Below the pieces are notes generated by a model that did no database searches, was not told where the DNA came from, and was given only the letters and a program-made list of their open reading frames with translations. The position numbers were made by a program, and so were the translations under genes. This document shows positions 1 through 9,689 of a stretch of 64,000 bases of DNA, piece by piece. Positions within the stretch are counted from its first letter, which is position 1; every line of letters begins with the position of its first letter. The DNA lies in contig CAVTUQ010000025.1 in the NCBI GenBank assembly GCA_963737905.1, positions 224,001 through 288,000 of the forward strand, in the 5' to 3' direction. The stretch is from an uncultured delta proteobacterium. GTDB taxonomy: Bacteria; Desulfobacterota; Binatia; UBA9968.

Positions 1-420
1 CAGCTCAATGTCGGCATCGAGGAGTAACGCATACGGTGTCGTGACGTGCTGGCGGGCTTGTTCGAGGGCCCAAAGCTTGCCGCTCCAGCCGGACGGAAGC
101 GGCGCACTCCGAATAACGCGAAGATCTGAAATGCACAGTTTACGGGCCTTTTCCACTGTAGCATCCTCAGAGTTGTCATCGATCAAGATAATCTTTAGGC
201 CTGGCCCCTGTTCGATGACCGATAGCAAAGTGTGCTGAATAACTTCGGCTTCATTGCGCGCAGGGATCAATACAGTAATTTCGTCGAGAGCTGTGTCCCC
301 ATTGGCACCCTCCATCGCATCAAGGACTTCCTGATTAGACCAAGGGCGCCAGGGCAGTAATGCAAATACAACCCACGACAGAGTCGAGAGTGCCGCAAGA
401 ACTATGCAAAAGGCTTCCAT
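1..420 (-). CDS. hpnB: Hopanoid-associated family 2 glycosyltransferase, partial (3' end outside window)
   Basis: Manual minus-strand translation from ATG at 420: MEAFCIVLAAL...ITVLIPARNEAEVI...LPSGWSGKLWALEQ...LLLDADIEL (GT2 motifs IPARNE, GWxGK, DAD); divergent from hpnA. Confidence 0.8.
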   Translation of the reverse strand, partial: MEAFCIVLAALSTLSWVVFALLPWRPWSNQEVLDAMEGANGDTALDEITVLIPARNEAEVIQHTLLSVIEQGPGLKIILIDDNSEDATVEKARKLCISDLRVIRSAPLPSGWSGKLWALEQARQHVTTPYALLLDADIEL

Positions 421-527
421 TGCAAAACCATCGTATCAGCGACGTCAGCAATCGTTTTTAACTTCTATCAAATTTAATATAAGAAAGAATATCGAACCCA
501 AGAGCCGAAGCCAAAGGAACAAAAAAG

Positions 528-1547
528 TTGACAATGCTATTGACCGGTGCGACAGGCTTTGTAGGCGCGGCCGTGCTCCGTTGTCTAGTAGCAGCCGGTC
601 ACAATGTCCGCGCGCTGGTCCGGCCAAACAGCGATCGTCGTAATTTGTCCGGTGTTGACTGCGAGAATATTACGGGCGATCTCACCGAGCCGGAGTCGCT
701 TAAACGTGCCGTGCGGGGTTGCCAGGCTGTGTTTCACGTTGCCGCAGACTATCGCCTTTGGGTTCCTGACCGACAGCAAATGAACCGGGTCAACGTCCAA
801 GGCACGGTCGACCTGATCCAGGCTGCGGCAGCAGCAGGCGTGTCGCGTATCGTCTACACATCGAGCGTCGCAACGCTCCGCCTAAGAGATGATGGTTTTC
901 CCGCGGATGAAGAATCGCATGCTGAGTTTTCCGACATGATCGGCGTCTACAAGCAGTCGAAGTTCCTAGCCGAACAGGAGGTAAAACGCTTACTGAACGA
1001 CGCGGGAGTCCCGGTAGTCATTGTGAAACCCACGGCACCTTTCGGGCCCGGTGATGTCAAGCCGACCCCGACCGGGCGAATGGTTGTCGAAGCCGCCTCA
1101 GGCCGGATGCCTGCCTATGTCAATACCGGGCTCAATGTAGTCCACGTGGACGATGTTGCGACCGGTCACTTGTTGGCTTATGAAAAGGGAGCCGTTGGTG
1201 AAAGTTATATTCTCGGCGGCGAGAATCGGCCTCTTCGATGGATTCTGGAAACCGTGGCCGAACTCTCTGGGCGTCGGCCGCCGCAAGTTCAGCTGCCTTA
1301 CTGGTTCGTAGTTCCCTTGGCTCATATCTGGGAAGGAGTAACGCGCCTCAGAGGTCATGGCGACCCCATGCTCACGGTAGACAGTGTTCGAATGGCGCGC
1401 AAGCTCATGTACTTCTCGAGTGAGAAAGCGCGCCGCGAGCTTGGGTATGCTCCAAGGCCCGCAGTCGAGGCTCTAAGCGACGAGATCGAATGGTTTTACA
1501 AGCACGGCTATGTTGAACGAAAGAAAATCAAGAAATATTCTGCGTGA
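528..1547 (+). CDS. hpnA: Hopanoid-associated NAD-dependent sugar epimerase
   Basis: TGATGFVG Rossmann motif, HVAADYRLW, YKQSK, PGDVKPTPTG; ATG at 534 is an alternative start. Confidence 0.9.
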   Translation: MTMLLTGATGFVGAAVLRCLVAAGHNVRALVRPNSDRRNLSGVDCENITGDLTEPESLKRAVRGCQAVFHVAADYRLWVPDRQQMNRVNVQGTVDLIQAAAAAGVSRIVYTSSVATLRLRDDGFPADEESHAEFSDMIGVYKQSKFLAEQEVKRLLNDAGVPVVIVKPTAPFGPGDVKPTPTGRMVVEAASGRMPAYVNTGLNVVHVDDVATGHLLAYEKGAVGESYILGGENRPLRWILETVAELSGRRPPQVQLPYWFVVPLAHIWEGVTRLRGHGDPMLTVDSVRMARKLMYFSSEKARRELGYAPRPAVEALSDEIEWFYKHGYVERKKIKKYSA

Positions 1548-1590
1548 CAGAGTCCGGCGTGATTCGCCCCTGGAGGCATCTTGCTCGGAG

Positions 1591-2667
1591 TCACCGGCTG
1601 CTTCCTGATCCATCCATCGAATACGTGTTCGGCAACTCAGGTGCCAAGGCTCCATCGGTCCTTGGACCTCGCAGGAAAACACGTAATGCCTTGAGCGGGT
1701 GCTTGAGCGTGTCATTGACCGCCGTGGTTTCATAACCGCAGTGTGCCATGCAATTGGCGCATTTTGGGTTGTTGCCCGTGCCATAACGATCCCAGTCGGT
1801 TTCTTCAATTAGAGCTTTGAACGTCGGCGCGTAGCCCTCGTCCACAAGCAGATAACAAGGCCTTTGCCAACCGAGAACGTTACGTGTAGGGTTACCCCAG
1901 GGTGTACAATGGTAGGTCTCGTTACCGGCGAGAAAATCCAAAAACAGGCTAGAGTGATTAAGCCTCCATCTGCGCTTTTGGCCGAGCCTGAAAACACTCC
2001 TGAAGAGTTGCTTGCTCGCCTTGCGTTGCATGAAGACATCTTGGCGAGGAGCATGGTCATAGCTGAATCCCGGCGAAATTGTCACCCCCTCCACTCCAAG
2101 AGCCATGACATCATCGAGAAACTTTGCCACTTCTTCAGCTGATTCCCCTTGGAATAAGGTGCAGTTGATCGTCACCCGGAAACACTTTTGAATCGCCTCT
2201 TGAATCGCCTCTACGGCCTGGTCAAATACCCCCGTCCGGCAGACGGAGGTATCATGCCGATCGCGACCGCCATCCAGATGAACTGAAAATGTCAAATAGG
2301 GTGAAGGCGTATAATCATCCATGCGGCGAGAAAGGAGCAAGGCGTTCGTGCACAGGTAGACGAATTTCTTGCGTTGAATAAAGCCACGTACGATCTCTGG
2401 CATCTCTTGGTGGATCAAAGGTTCCCCGCCGGCAATCGACACCAATGGTGCACCGCACTCGTCGATGGCGGCCATACATTCCTCCGGGCTCAGGCGACGA
2501 TCCAAGATCTCTGCCGGATAATCGATCTTCCCGCAACCTGCGCAGGCCAAATTGCAGCGAAACAAAGGCTCGAGCATCAGCACCAATGGGTAGCGCTCAA
2601 CCCCCCGTATCCGTTGCCTCAGAATATAACCTAGAACCGCCAGGCTTTGACGTAATGGAATTCCCAT
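1591..2667 (-). CDS. hpnH: Adenosylhopane synthase, radical SAM
   Basis: MLEPLFRCNLACAGCGKI (CxxxCxxC), CTPWGNPTRNVLGWQRPCYLL, KCANCMAHCGYE. Confidence 0.93.
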   Translation of the reverse strand: MGIPLRQSLAVLGYILRQRIRGVERYPLVLMLEPLFRCNLACAGCGKIDYPAEILDRRLSPEECMAAIDECGAPLVSIAGGEPLIHQEMPEIVRGFIQRKKFVYLCTNALLLSRRMDDYTPSPYLTFSVHLDGGRDRHDTSVCRTGVFDQAVEAIQEAIQKCFRVTINCTLFQGESAEEVAKFLDDVMALGVEGVTISPGFSYDHAPRQDVFMQRKASKQLFRSVFRLGQKRRWRLNHSSLFLDFLAGNETYHCTPWGNPTRNVLGWQRPCYLLVDEGYAPTFKALIEETDWDRYGTGNNPKCANCMAHCGYETTAVNDTLKHPLKALRVFLRGPRTDGALAPELPNTYSMDGSGSSR

Positions 2668-2913
2668 CGTGAACTTCTCATCAAATAAAACTGCGAGCCT
2701 TAGATCCTACCCTTTTGCTATGCCGACACCACTATAACCTAGCCCCGGAAAGGGTCAAGGTTGTCGCAAGTGCCTTGAGCTAAGAGATCCGCCGTCAGCT
2801 CAACTACTTTGCCGCAAGCCCACTGGCCTTGACGGGCTCATGATTTTCCGGATAACTAAGAGGCTCACTGAGACGCATCGAAGACGAGTATTTGACCCAA
2901 GGAGGCAGTCCGA

Positions 2914-4701
2914 ATGAGCGAGACAACAAAGCAAGGCAATATCAATATTAAGAAATCGACGCAGCGATGGCAATCCGACGTGGTCGTTGATTTGATCAAG
3001 CAGTATGGGTTTCCGTATATCGCGCTGAATCCGGGAGCGAGCTTTCGCGGGCTCCACGATTCGCTGGTCAATTACGGTGAGAACCAGCCGCCGATGCTGC
3101 TCTGCAACCACGAGAAAATCGCGGTGCAGATCGCCCATGGCTATGCCAAGGCCAGTGGCAAACCGATGATGGCCATTGTCCATGACGTCGTCGGACTGTT
3201 ACATGCCCCCATGGGCATCTACTACGCTTATATCGACCGTTGCCCGGTCTTTATCGTCGGAGCCACCGGTCCCATGGATGAGAAGTACCGCCGTCCGTTT
3301 ATCGACTGGATTCACACCGCCTTCGCCCAAGGCGACGTGGTGCGCAATTTCACCAAATGGGACTACCAGCCGGGCAGCATCCATGGCGTGCCCGATTCCT
3401 TCGCCCGCGCCTACTCGATCATGATGAGCGAGCCCCAAGGGCCGGTCTATATGTGCTACGACTCGGCGATGCAAGAAGGCCCGCTAAAAGACGAGATGGC
3501 TCTGCCCAATTATGCGGTTAAAGTGCCATCCCGGATTGCGGCCGAACCCGCGGCCATTGAACAAGCCGCCGACCTGCTGGTCGCCGCCGATAACCCACTC
3601 TTGCTTACTGAATATGCCGCACGCATGCCCGTCGGGTTCGAATCCACGGTGGAACTGGCCGAGACCATGGGCGCGTCGGTTTACGATATCAACAAGCGGC
3701 TCGGGTTTCCCAATCGCCACCCACTGAGCGTGAGCTTTCACCCGGACGCGTTCAAAGGCGTCGATCTGATCGCGGCCCTGGACGTGGTCGATTGGACGCG
3801 CGGGTCCCATAAACTGAACACTCAAACGCGCGAGATCACCGTAGTTACCGCGCCGGACTGCAAATGGATCGACGTCGGCTTTGCCGACATCGAGATCAGC
3901 AAATGGGCCACCGATTACAACAAGCACCATAACTGGAACCTTCGGGTGCTGGGCGATAGCGCGCTGACGCTCCCGGCGCTCACTGCCGCTTGCCGCAAGC
4001 GGATCGATGGCAATAAAACCCTGCTCTCGCGCATCGAGGAACGGAAGAAAAACATCGGCGAAAGGCATACGCGCCAGTGGCAAAAATGGCAAGACCAAGT
4101 CAAAGAACAATGGAACGAGCGACCCATGACCGAATCGCGTCTCGCGCATGAAGTCTGGCAAGTCATCAAGAATGAGGACTGGGTGCTCACCGCCAACACA
4201 TTGAAAGAATGGGTCCACAAGCTATGGGACTTCGATAGGCCCTACCGTCATGTGGGACGCGAGCTCGGCACCGGTACCCAGATCGGCATGTCCATCGGTG
4301 TTGCCCTGGCGCACAAGGGAACCGGTAAACTCGTGGTTGATCTCCAGCCCGACGGCGATCTGATGTTCGACCTGGGCGCGCTCTGGATGCCGGTCAAGTA
4401 CGATATCCCGCTGCTGGTGGTAATGTATAACAATCGCGCCTACTACAACGACTGGGCCCATCAGATCCACATGGCGCACCAGCGCGGCACCGATCCGGCC
4501 CGAGCCTACATCGGGATGGACCTCGAAGCGCCCCCACCGGACTTCGCCCATATCGCGAAGGGGCTGGGGTGGCATGCCGAAGGTCCCATTGAAGACCCGG
4601 CCCAAGTCGGACCGGCATTGCGACGCGCCATCGAACAGATCAAGGCCGGCAAGCCGGCGCTGGTGGACACTGTGGTATGGCGGCGCGGTGAAAACGCGTA
4701 A
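2914..4701 (+). CDS. Thiamine pyrophosphate-binding enzyme (acetolactate synthase/decarboxylase superfamily), paralog 1
   Basis: NPGASFRGLHDS, HEKIA (conserved Glu), PDGD...YNN cofactor motif; RBS AAGGAGG upstream. Confidence 0.9.
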   Translation: MSETTKQGNINIKKSTQRWQSDVVVDLIKQYGFPYIALNPGASFRGLHDSLVNYGENQPPMLLCNHEKIAVQIAHGYAKASGKPMMAIVHDVVGLLHAPMGIYYAYIDRCPVFIVGATGPMDEKYRRPFIDWIHTAFAQGDVVRNFTKWDYQPGSIHGVPDSFARAYSIMMSEPQGPVYMCYDSAMQEGPLKDEMALPNYAVKVPSRIAAEPAAIEQAADLLVAADNPLLLTEYAARMPVGFESTVELAETMGASVYDINKRLGFPNRHPLSVSFHPDAFKGVDLIAALDVVDWTRGSHKLNTQTREITVVTAPDCKWIDVGFADIEISKWATDYNKHHNWNLRVLGDSALTLPALTAACRKRIDGNKTLLSRIEERKKNIGERHTRQWQKWQDQVKEQWNERPMTESRLAHEVWQVIKNEDWVLTANTLKEWVHKLWDFDRPYRHVGRELGTGTQIGMSIGVALAHKGTGKLVVDLQPDGDLMFDLGALWMPVKYDIPLLVVMYNNRAYYNDWAHQIHMAHQRGTDPARAYIGMDLEAPPPDFAHIAKGLGWHAEGPIEDPAQVGPALRRAIEQIKAGKPALVDTVVWRRGENA

Positions 4702-4711
4702 AAGAAAAAAC

Positions 4712-4740
4712 GTGGGGGCGGGTTTCAAACCCGCCCCTAC
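4712..4740. repeat. REP-like palindrome (GTAG type)
   Basis: gtgggggcgggttt-c-aaacccgcccctac: 14-bp arms with one mismatch; minus strand begins GTAG; intergenic. Confidence 0.7.
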
Positions 4741-4795
4741 TTCGTGCGCTTGTGATGCAACCGATACATTGAACGAACTAAAGGAGGAAAGTTAT

Positions 4796-6583
4796 ATGGC
4801 AAAGCCAGCCCCAAAAGTAGAGACCGTCAAGAAATCCGATCGGCGATGGCAATCGGATATCATCGTCGACATGATCAAGCGTTACGGCTTCGAGTATATC
4901 GCGCTTAACCCGGGGGCGAGCTACCGCGGGTTGCACGACTCGCTGGTCAACTACGGCGAAAACGACCCGCCGATGTTGCTTTGCCAACACGAAAAGATCG
5001 CGGTCCAGATCGCCCATGGCTATGCTCGCGCAACAGGGAAGCCGATGATCGCTATCGTGCACAATCTGGTCGGTCTGCTGCACGCGCCGATGGGCATTTA
5101 CTACGCCTATCTCGACCGCGCACCGGTCTTTATCGTCGGCGCCACCGGGCCCATGGCCGAGCCTAAACGCCGTCCGTTTATCGACTGGATCCACACGGCC
5201 AATGGCCAAGGTGAAGTGATCCGTAATTTCGTCAAGTGGGATTACCAGCCGACTACCGTCGATGGTGTGCCCGGCGCTTTTGCGCGGGCTTACTCCGTCA
5301 TGATGAGTGCACGCCAGGGACCGGTCTATATGTGTTACGACGCCGGCCTGCAGGAGGCCCAGTTGGATCATGACGTCGAAATGCCGCCCCCCGGCGCGAT
5401 AGACGTTCCGGCGGCTCCGTCCGCGGATCCCGCCGCGTTGGAAAAAGCGGCCAACACTCTGGCCGCCGCCAATCGAGTGGCGATCATCGCCGATTTCGCC
5501 GCCCGGCCGCCGCACGGCTGGAATCATGTGGTGGAGCTGGCAGAGACTTTGGGTGCTTCAGTGTGGGACGTGGGTTCCCGGCTCAACTTTCCCAGCGATC
5601 ATCCGCTCAACCTGACTTCGGATCCCGAGGGCTGCTACAAAGACGTCGACGTCGTGCTGACCCTGGACATTGCCGACTTCGAAAAACCGACCCACGTGCG
5701 CGACATCGCCACCCGCACCGTGGTCAGCAAGGTCCCGGCCAATGCGACCTGGATCGACATCGGTTTCACCGACATTGAGATCAGCAAATGGTCGATGGAC
5801 TATGCCCGGCCATTCTATGCGCAGCAGCGCATGACCGCCGATCCGGTCACCACCGTGCCGCAATTGACGAAGCTCCTGAGAGGCCGGATCGCCAACACTC
5901 CGGGGCTTGCAGAGAAGATCGCCAAGCGCACTGAAGAGATCGGCAAGCGCCATGCGGAAACCCGCGCCAGGTGGCGCAAGCAGGCCGAAGAGCATTGGGA
6001 TTCAAAGCCGATGACCGTACCGCGCCTCGCCCTGGAAGTGTGGGACGCGATCAAAGGAGAAGACTGGGTTCTCACCACGGGGGACTTGGGCAGCTGGGGA
6101 AAGAAACTTTGGAACTTCGATCGCCCCTATTGCCATGCCGGCCGTGAGCTCGGCACCGGCACCCAAATCGGGTTGTCATTGGGGGTTGCCTTGGCCAACA
6201 AAGGAACCGGACGGCTGGTCGTCGATTTGCAGCCGGACGGCGATCTCATGTTCGATGCCGGGGCGCTCTGGATAGCAGCCAAGTACCAAATCCCAATGCT
6301 CGTCGTGATGTTCAACAATCGCGCCTACTACAATGACTGGAACCATCAGCTGGTCCTCGCTCGAACCCGTGGCACCGATCCCAACCGCGCGCACATCGGC
6401 ATGGATCTCTTCGGCCCCGATCCGGATTTCGCCGGTCTCGCGCGATCCATGGGCTGGTACGCCGAAGGTCCAATCGAAAACGCCGACGACCTCCAGCCCG
6501 CGCTGAACCGCGCGATCGAGCAAGTCAAGCAAGGTAAGCCCGCCCTCATCGACTCCATCTGTGACCGCCGCAACCACGGCTGA
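4796..6583 (+). CDS. Thiamine pyrophosphate-binding enzyme, paralog 2
   Basis: Start reassigned to ATG 4796 after AAGGAGG; same motifs and same length (595 aa) as paralog 1. Confidence 0.9.
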   Translation: MAKPAPKVETVKKSDRRWQSDIIVDMIKRYGFEYIALNPGASYRGLHDSLVNYGENDPPMLLCQHEKIAVQIAHGYARATGKPMIAIVHNLVGLLHAPMGIYYAYLDRAPVFIVGATGPMAEPKRRPFIDWIHTANGQGEVIRNFVKWDYQPTTVDGVPGAFARAYSVMMSARQGPVYMCYDAGLQEAQLDHDVEMPPPGAIDVPAAPSADPAALEKAANTLAAANRVAIIADFAARPPHGWNHVVELAETLGASVWDVGSRLNFPSDHPLNLTSDPEGCYKDVDVVLTLDIADFEKPTHVRDIATRTVVSKVPANATWIDIGFTDIEISKWSMDYARPFYAQQRMTADPVTTVPQLTKLLRGRIANTPGLAEKIAKRTEEIGKRHAETRARWRKQAEEHWDSKPMTVPRLALEVWDAIKGEDWVLTTGDLGSWGKKLWNFDRPYCHAGRELGTGTQIGLSLGVALANKGTGRLVVDLQPDGDLMFDAGALWIAAKYQIPMLVVMFNNRAYYNDWNHQLVLARTRGTDPNRAHIGMDLFGPDPDFAGLARSMGWYAEGPIENADDLQPALNRAIEQVKQGKPALIDSICDRRNHG

Positions 6584-6593
6584 GAATGGACTC

Positions 6594-6624
6594 AATCCCC
6601 GCGCCGTTACACGGCGCGGGGATT
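6594..6624 (+). terminator. GC-rich hairpin (terminator-like or mRNA stabiliser)
   Basis: aatccccgcgccgt-tac-acggcgcggggatt, a perfect 14-bp stem after the TPP gene; no clear U-tract. Confidence 0.5.
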
Positions 6625-6678
6625 CCCTCTAAAAAACGGATCGTTCTATTTTTCCGCACACTCGAGGAGAAAAAAATC

Positions 6679-7356
6679 ATGGATGTTGTCGAAGCTCTCA
6701 AAGAAAAAATGCTGCTGGTCTGCAAGGTGCTCCAAAACCAGGGCGTGGTGGACGTCTACGGACATGTTTCCGCGCGCCTATCCGGCGAGCGCATCCTCAG
6801 CACGCCGCACATGCCGCCGGGCAAGGTCGCGTTAAGGGACCTGATTATCCTCGATATGAGCGGGAAGAAGCTCGAAGGCTTCGGCGAACCCAATGGCGAA
6901 ACCGCCATGCACACTTCGATTTACCGGGCGCGGCCCGACGTACAATGCGTCCTGCACTTCCACCCGGACGAGGTCGTGGCGGTGAGCATTGCCGGACAAG
7001 GCATTAAGGTTGTCGCCAATTGCGGCGTGCATTTTTACCGCGGCACGCCAATCTACGACTCCCCGGTACTGATCCGCACCGACCAGCTGGGAGACAAGGT
7101 CGCCGCAACCCTTGGAGATCGAAACGCGGTACTTTTGCGCGGGCACGGCGGGACGGTAGTCGCCAATGACCTCGACACGTTGCTGCGGTTAGGACTCGAT
7201 CTCGTGCGTACAGCCCGAATTCAAATCATGGCAGCCTCGCTAGGACCGGTGAAAACCCACTCCCAAGAAGAATGCGAGCAAATGGTCAAATTTCATGATC
7301 GGCCGAACGCCAACCGCCGCTATGTCGACTACTATATTTCCGAGGTGGTTGATTAA
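6679..7356 (+). CDS. Class II aldolase/adducin family protein
   Basis: GHVSAR, ETAMHTSIYRARPDV, HFHP, LLRGHG metal-binding His motifs; ATG 6679 after GAGGAG. Confidence 0.88.
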   Translation: MDVVEALKEKMLLVCKVLQNQGVVDVYGHVSARLSGERILSTPHMPPGKVALRDLIILDMSGKKLEGFGEPNGETAMHTSIYRARPDVQCVLHFHPDEVVAVSIAGQGIKVVANCGVHFYRGTPIYDSPVLIRTDQLGDKVAATLGDRNAVLLRGHGGTVVANDLDTLLRLGLDLVRTARIQIMAASLGPVKTHSQEECEQMVKFHDRPNANRRYVDYYISEVVD

Positions 7357-7377
7357 GAGGGTGCGCTTTTCTCCGTA

Positions 7378-8754
7378 TCAGGCGCGAAGCAATGGGCGCA
7401 GGACGCGAAGATCACGAACCTTCTCCAGCATCCAGATAGCATCGCACAGCTTGCGCGCCCGAGCCTTGCCGAGGACCGGCGCCATCAGGTCATAGCTCTT
7501 TTCGTCGACCTCGACTCGCGTCATCGGGTTCTCCGCGGTGCCCCGGACGGCCTTGGTATGATGCCTGAGCTTACGCCCGTCGCTGAGGCTCACCTCGACG
7601 ATTCCTTGCCGGCTCGGCATCGCCGCTGACAGCGCGTCATCGCCGCGAAGCTCGATGCGGCTGCGCAGCGCCAATACTTTCCGGTCGCGCATGCGCTGCT
7701 GGTCATGAGACGAGGCGAAGGTGACCTTGCCGTCGATCAGCATGATAGCGCACATGTGCTGGAGGCAGATATCCGGCATGGCGCGGTTATCCACGGTATT
7801 CGCCCCCTGGTGTGCCACCCGCACCACGAGGCTGTCGATGGCTTCCGCTTTGATTTGGTGCTCGTGGATGAGATCGAGCAGCGAATCGAGGGGCGCCTGG
7901 ATCGGCGAGCCCACCGACCAGCGCTTGATGTTGGTATTCATGATTTCGTAGATATCGCCGAGGCCGCGGTTCAGCGCGGCGGGATCCGGCTTGCGGCCGT
8001 AGGCCACGAAGAAGTTCCGCTCGCCCGCGAACACATCATCGACCCCCGTGAAACCATAGGCGACCATGGTGGCCGCCGCGACGCCATTCCGAGCCGGCAT
8101 ACCGCCGAAGTCGAATGCCTTTTCAACATGCTCACCGTCGCGCATCCAGCACGAGATGCCCGACGCTTGCTGCGCAGTGAATGACAGCAGATGGCGCGCC
8201 TGGATCTCCCCCAGGCCCGCCAGCGCCCCCGCCGCTGCCGCGGCTCCGAACATGGGCCCGAAGCTGTGGGTCGAATGGCCATCGTTGCGAAACTCGTAGG
8301 CGTCGAGGGATTGAGTCAGCCGGCAGCCAACGTCGTAACCCAGGGCGATAGCTCGGAGAAACATCGTGCCGTTGCGCCGTTCCCGCTCGGCCATGGCCAG
8401 GGCCCCGGGCACAATGCCGCAGCCCGGATGCGTCAGCGACGGCGCGTGCGAGTCATCGGTTTCATCGGCGTGGGCCAGCATGCCGTTGGCCAGAGCAGCA
8501 TTCACAGCGGTGGTAATGATATTGCTCCCGATCACACAGGCCTCTTTGACGCCGCCGAGGGTTTTCGCGTAGCCGATCGCTTTTTTCCCGGGCGCCAGGC
8601 GCGACCCCGAAATCATGGCGGCGATCGTGTCGAGGATGTGATGTTTGGTCTTTTCGACGACTACGGGAGGAAGCGGCCGGCGGAGCGCCGCCGCAATGTA
8701 GGCGCTCAGCTTGTGCATGACCGGTGAGACTGGTGAGGTCGGTTGTCTATTCAT
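7378..8754 (-). CDS. MmgE/PrpD family protein
   Basis: ANGMLAHADETDDSH, HPG, RGTAENPM; start reassigned to ATG 8754. Confidence 0.88.
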   Translation of the reverse strand: MNRQPTSPVSPVMHKLSAYIAAALRRPLPPVVVEKTKHHILDTIAAMISGSRLAPGKKAIGYAKTLGGVKEACVIGSNIITTAVNAALANGMLAHADETDDSHAPSLTHPGCGIVPGALAMAERERRNGTMFLRAIALGYDVGCRLTQSLDAYEFRNDGHSTHSFGPMFGAAAAAGALAGLGEIQARHLLSFTAQQASGISCWMRDGEHVEKAFDFGGMPARNGVAAATMVAYGFTGVDDVFAGERNFFVAYGRKPDPAALNRGLGDIYEIMNTNIKRWSVGSPIQAPLDSLLDLIHEHQIKAEAIDSLVVRVAHQGANTVDNRAMPDICLQHMCAIMLIDGKVTFASSHDQQRMRDRKVLALRSRIELRGDDALSAAMPSRQGIVEVSLSDGRKLRHHTKAVRGTAENPMTRVEVDEKSYDLMAPVLGKARARKLCDAIWMLEKVRDLRVLRPLLRA

Positions 8755-8865
8755 ATGAAAGAGCCGGGATTTTAAGATAGCGCAAAACGGATTTGCATCG
8801 ACAGAGAGACCGCATTGCCCTGATACCACGCCTGGTGATAGGGTCGTCGAAGGAACGGGGGACTT

Positions 8866-9678
8866 ATGGATAAAACTGTGACAGTGGATATACCCTATAC
8901 TGTCGACACCGGCGAGAAGCTCATCAACGAGACGTTCGGCCCGAACAATATTCGCCGGCGCAAGACAGGAGCCCACGAACTCAAGCAGGTTGAGGTCCGT
9001 AATGGCCGGCTGCTCGCCGACCAGCTTTCCTTGGACGAGCAGGGTTTCATATTCGTCGAGCACAACACCAAAGTGACGGACTTCTTTGACCGCGCGCAGC
9101 TGGAGTCGGTCTATTATCCGGAGGTCGAGCAGTTGATCAAAGACGCGTCGGGGGCTGCGCGGGTGGTAATCTTCGATCACACCTTGCGCTCGGGCGACGA
9201 AGCGGAGCGGGAAAAAAAGCTCATCCGGGAGCCGGTGCTCTCGGCGCACAACGACTATACGGAATGGTCCGGCCCCAATCGTGTCCGTGAGATTCTTCCC
9301 GACGAAGCCGAAGCATTGCTGGCGCGCCGCTTCGCGATCATTCAAGTATGGCGGGCGATCAATCAGCCGATTCAGGCAAATCCCCTCGCCATTGCCGATG
9401 GCAAGAGTATAGGTATGGAGGACCTCATCGTGGCCGAGCGCCGCTACCCGCACCGGGTGGGGCAAACATATCGGCTAAAGTACAATACCAAACACCGCTG
9501 GTTTTACTTTCCTGAGATGCGACGCGACGAAGCTCTAGTATTCAAAGTATACGACTCCGAAAAGGACGGCCGGGCCCGGTTCACGCCTCACACATCTTTC
9601 GAGGACCCCACGTCCCCGCCAAATGCTTCACCGCGGCAGAGCATCGAAGTGCGCGCTCTGGCCTTTTTCACGTCCTGA
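8866..9678 (+). CDS. CmcJ/NvfI-family putative oxidoreductase
   Basis: FDHTLR, AHNDYT, QVWRAI, HRWFYFPEM, FKVYDS, TPHTSF, RQSIEVRAL. Confidence 0.8.
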   Translation: MDKTVTVDIPYTVDTGEKLINETFGPNNIRRRKTGAHELKQVEVRNGRLLADQLSLDEQGFIFVEHNTKVTDFFDRAQLESVYYPEVEQLIKDASGAARVVIFDHTLRSGDEAEREKKLIREPVLSAHNDYTEWSGPNRVREILPDEAEALLARRFAIIQVWRAINQPIQANPLAIADGKSIGMEDLIVAERRYPHRVGQTYRLKYNTKHRWFYFPEMRRDEALVFKVYDSEKDGRARFTPHTSFEDPTSPPNASPRQSIEVRALAFFTS

Positions 9679-9689
9679 GATGAGAGCAC

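Noticed and set aside
4574-4795. N-terminal extension of the second TPP enzyme (669-aa ORF call)
   Set aside because: It overlaps the previous gene and crosses the REP palindrome; the strong RBS and paralog alignment support ATG 4796.
8755-9465. Apparent 695-aa PrpD fusion
   Set aside because: The extension is the antisense shadow of the CmcJ-like gene; PrpD homology begins near 8754.
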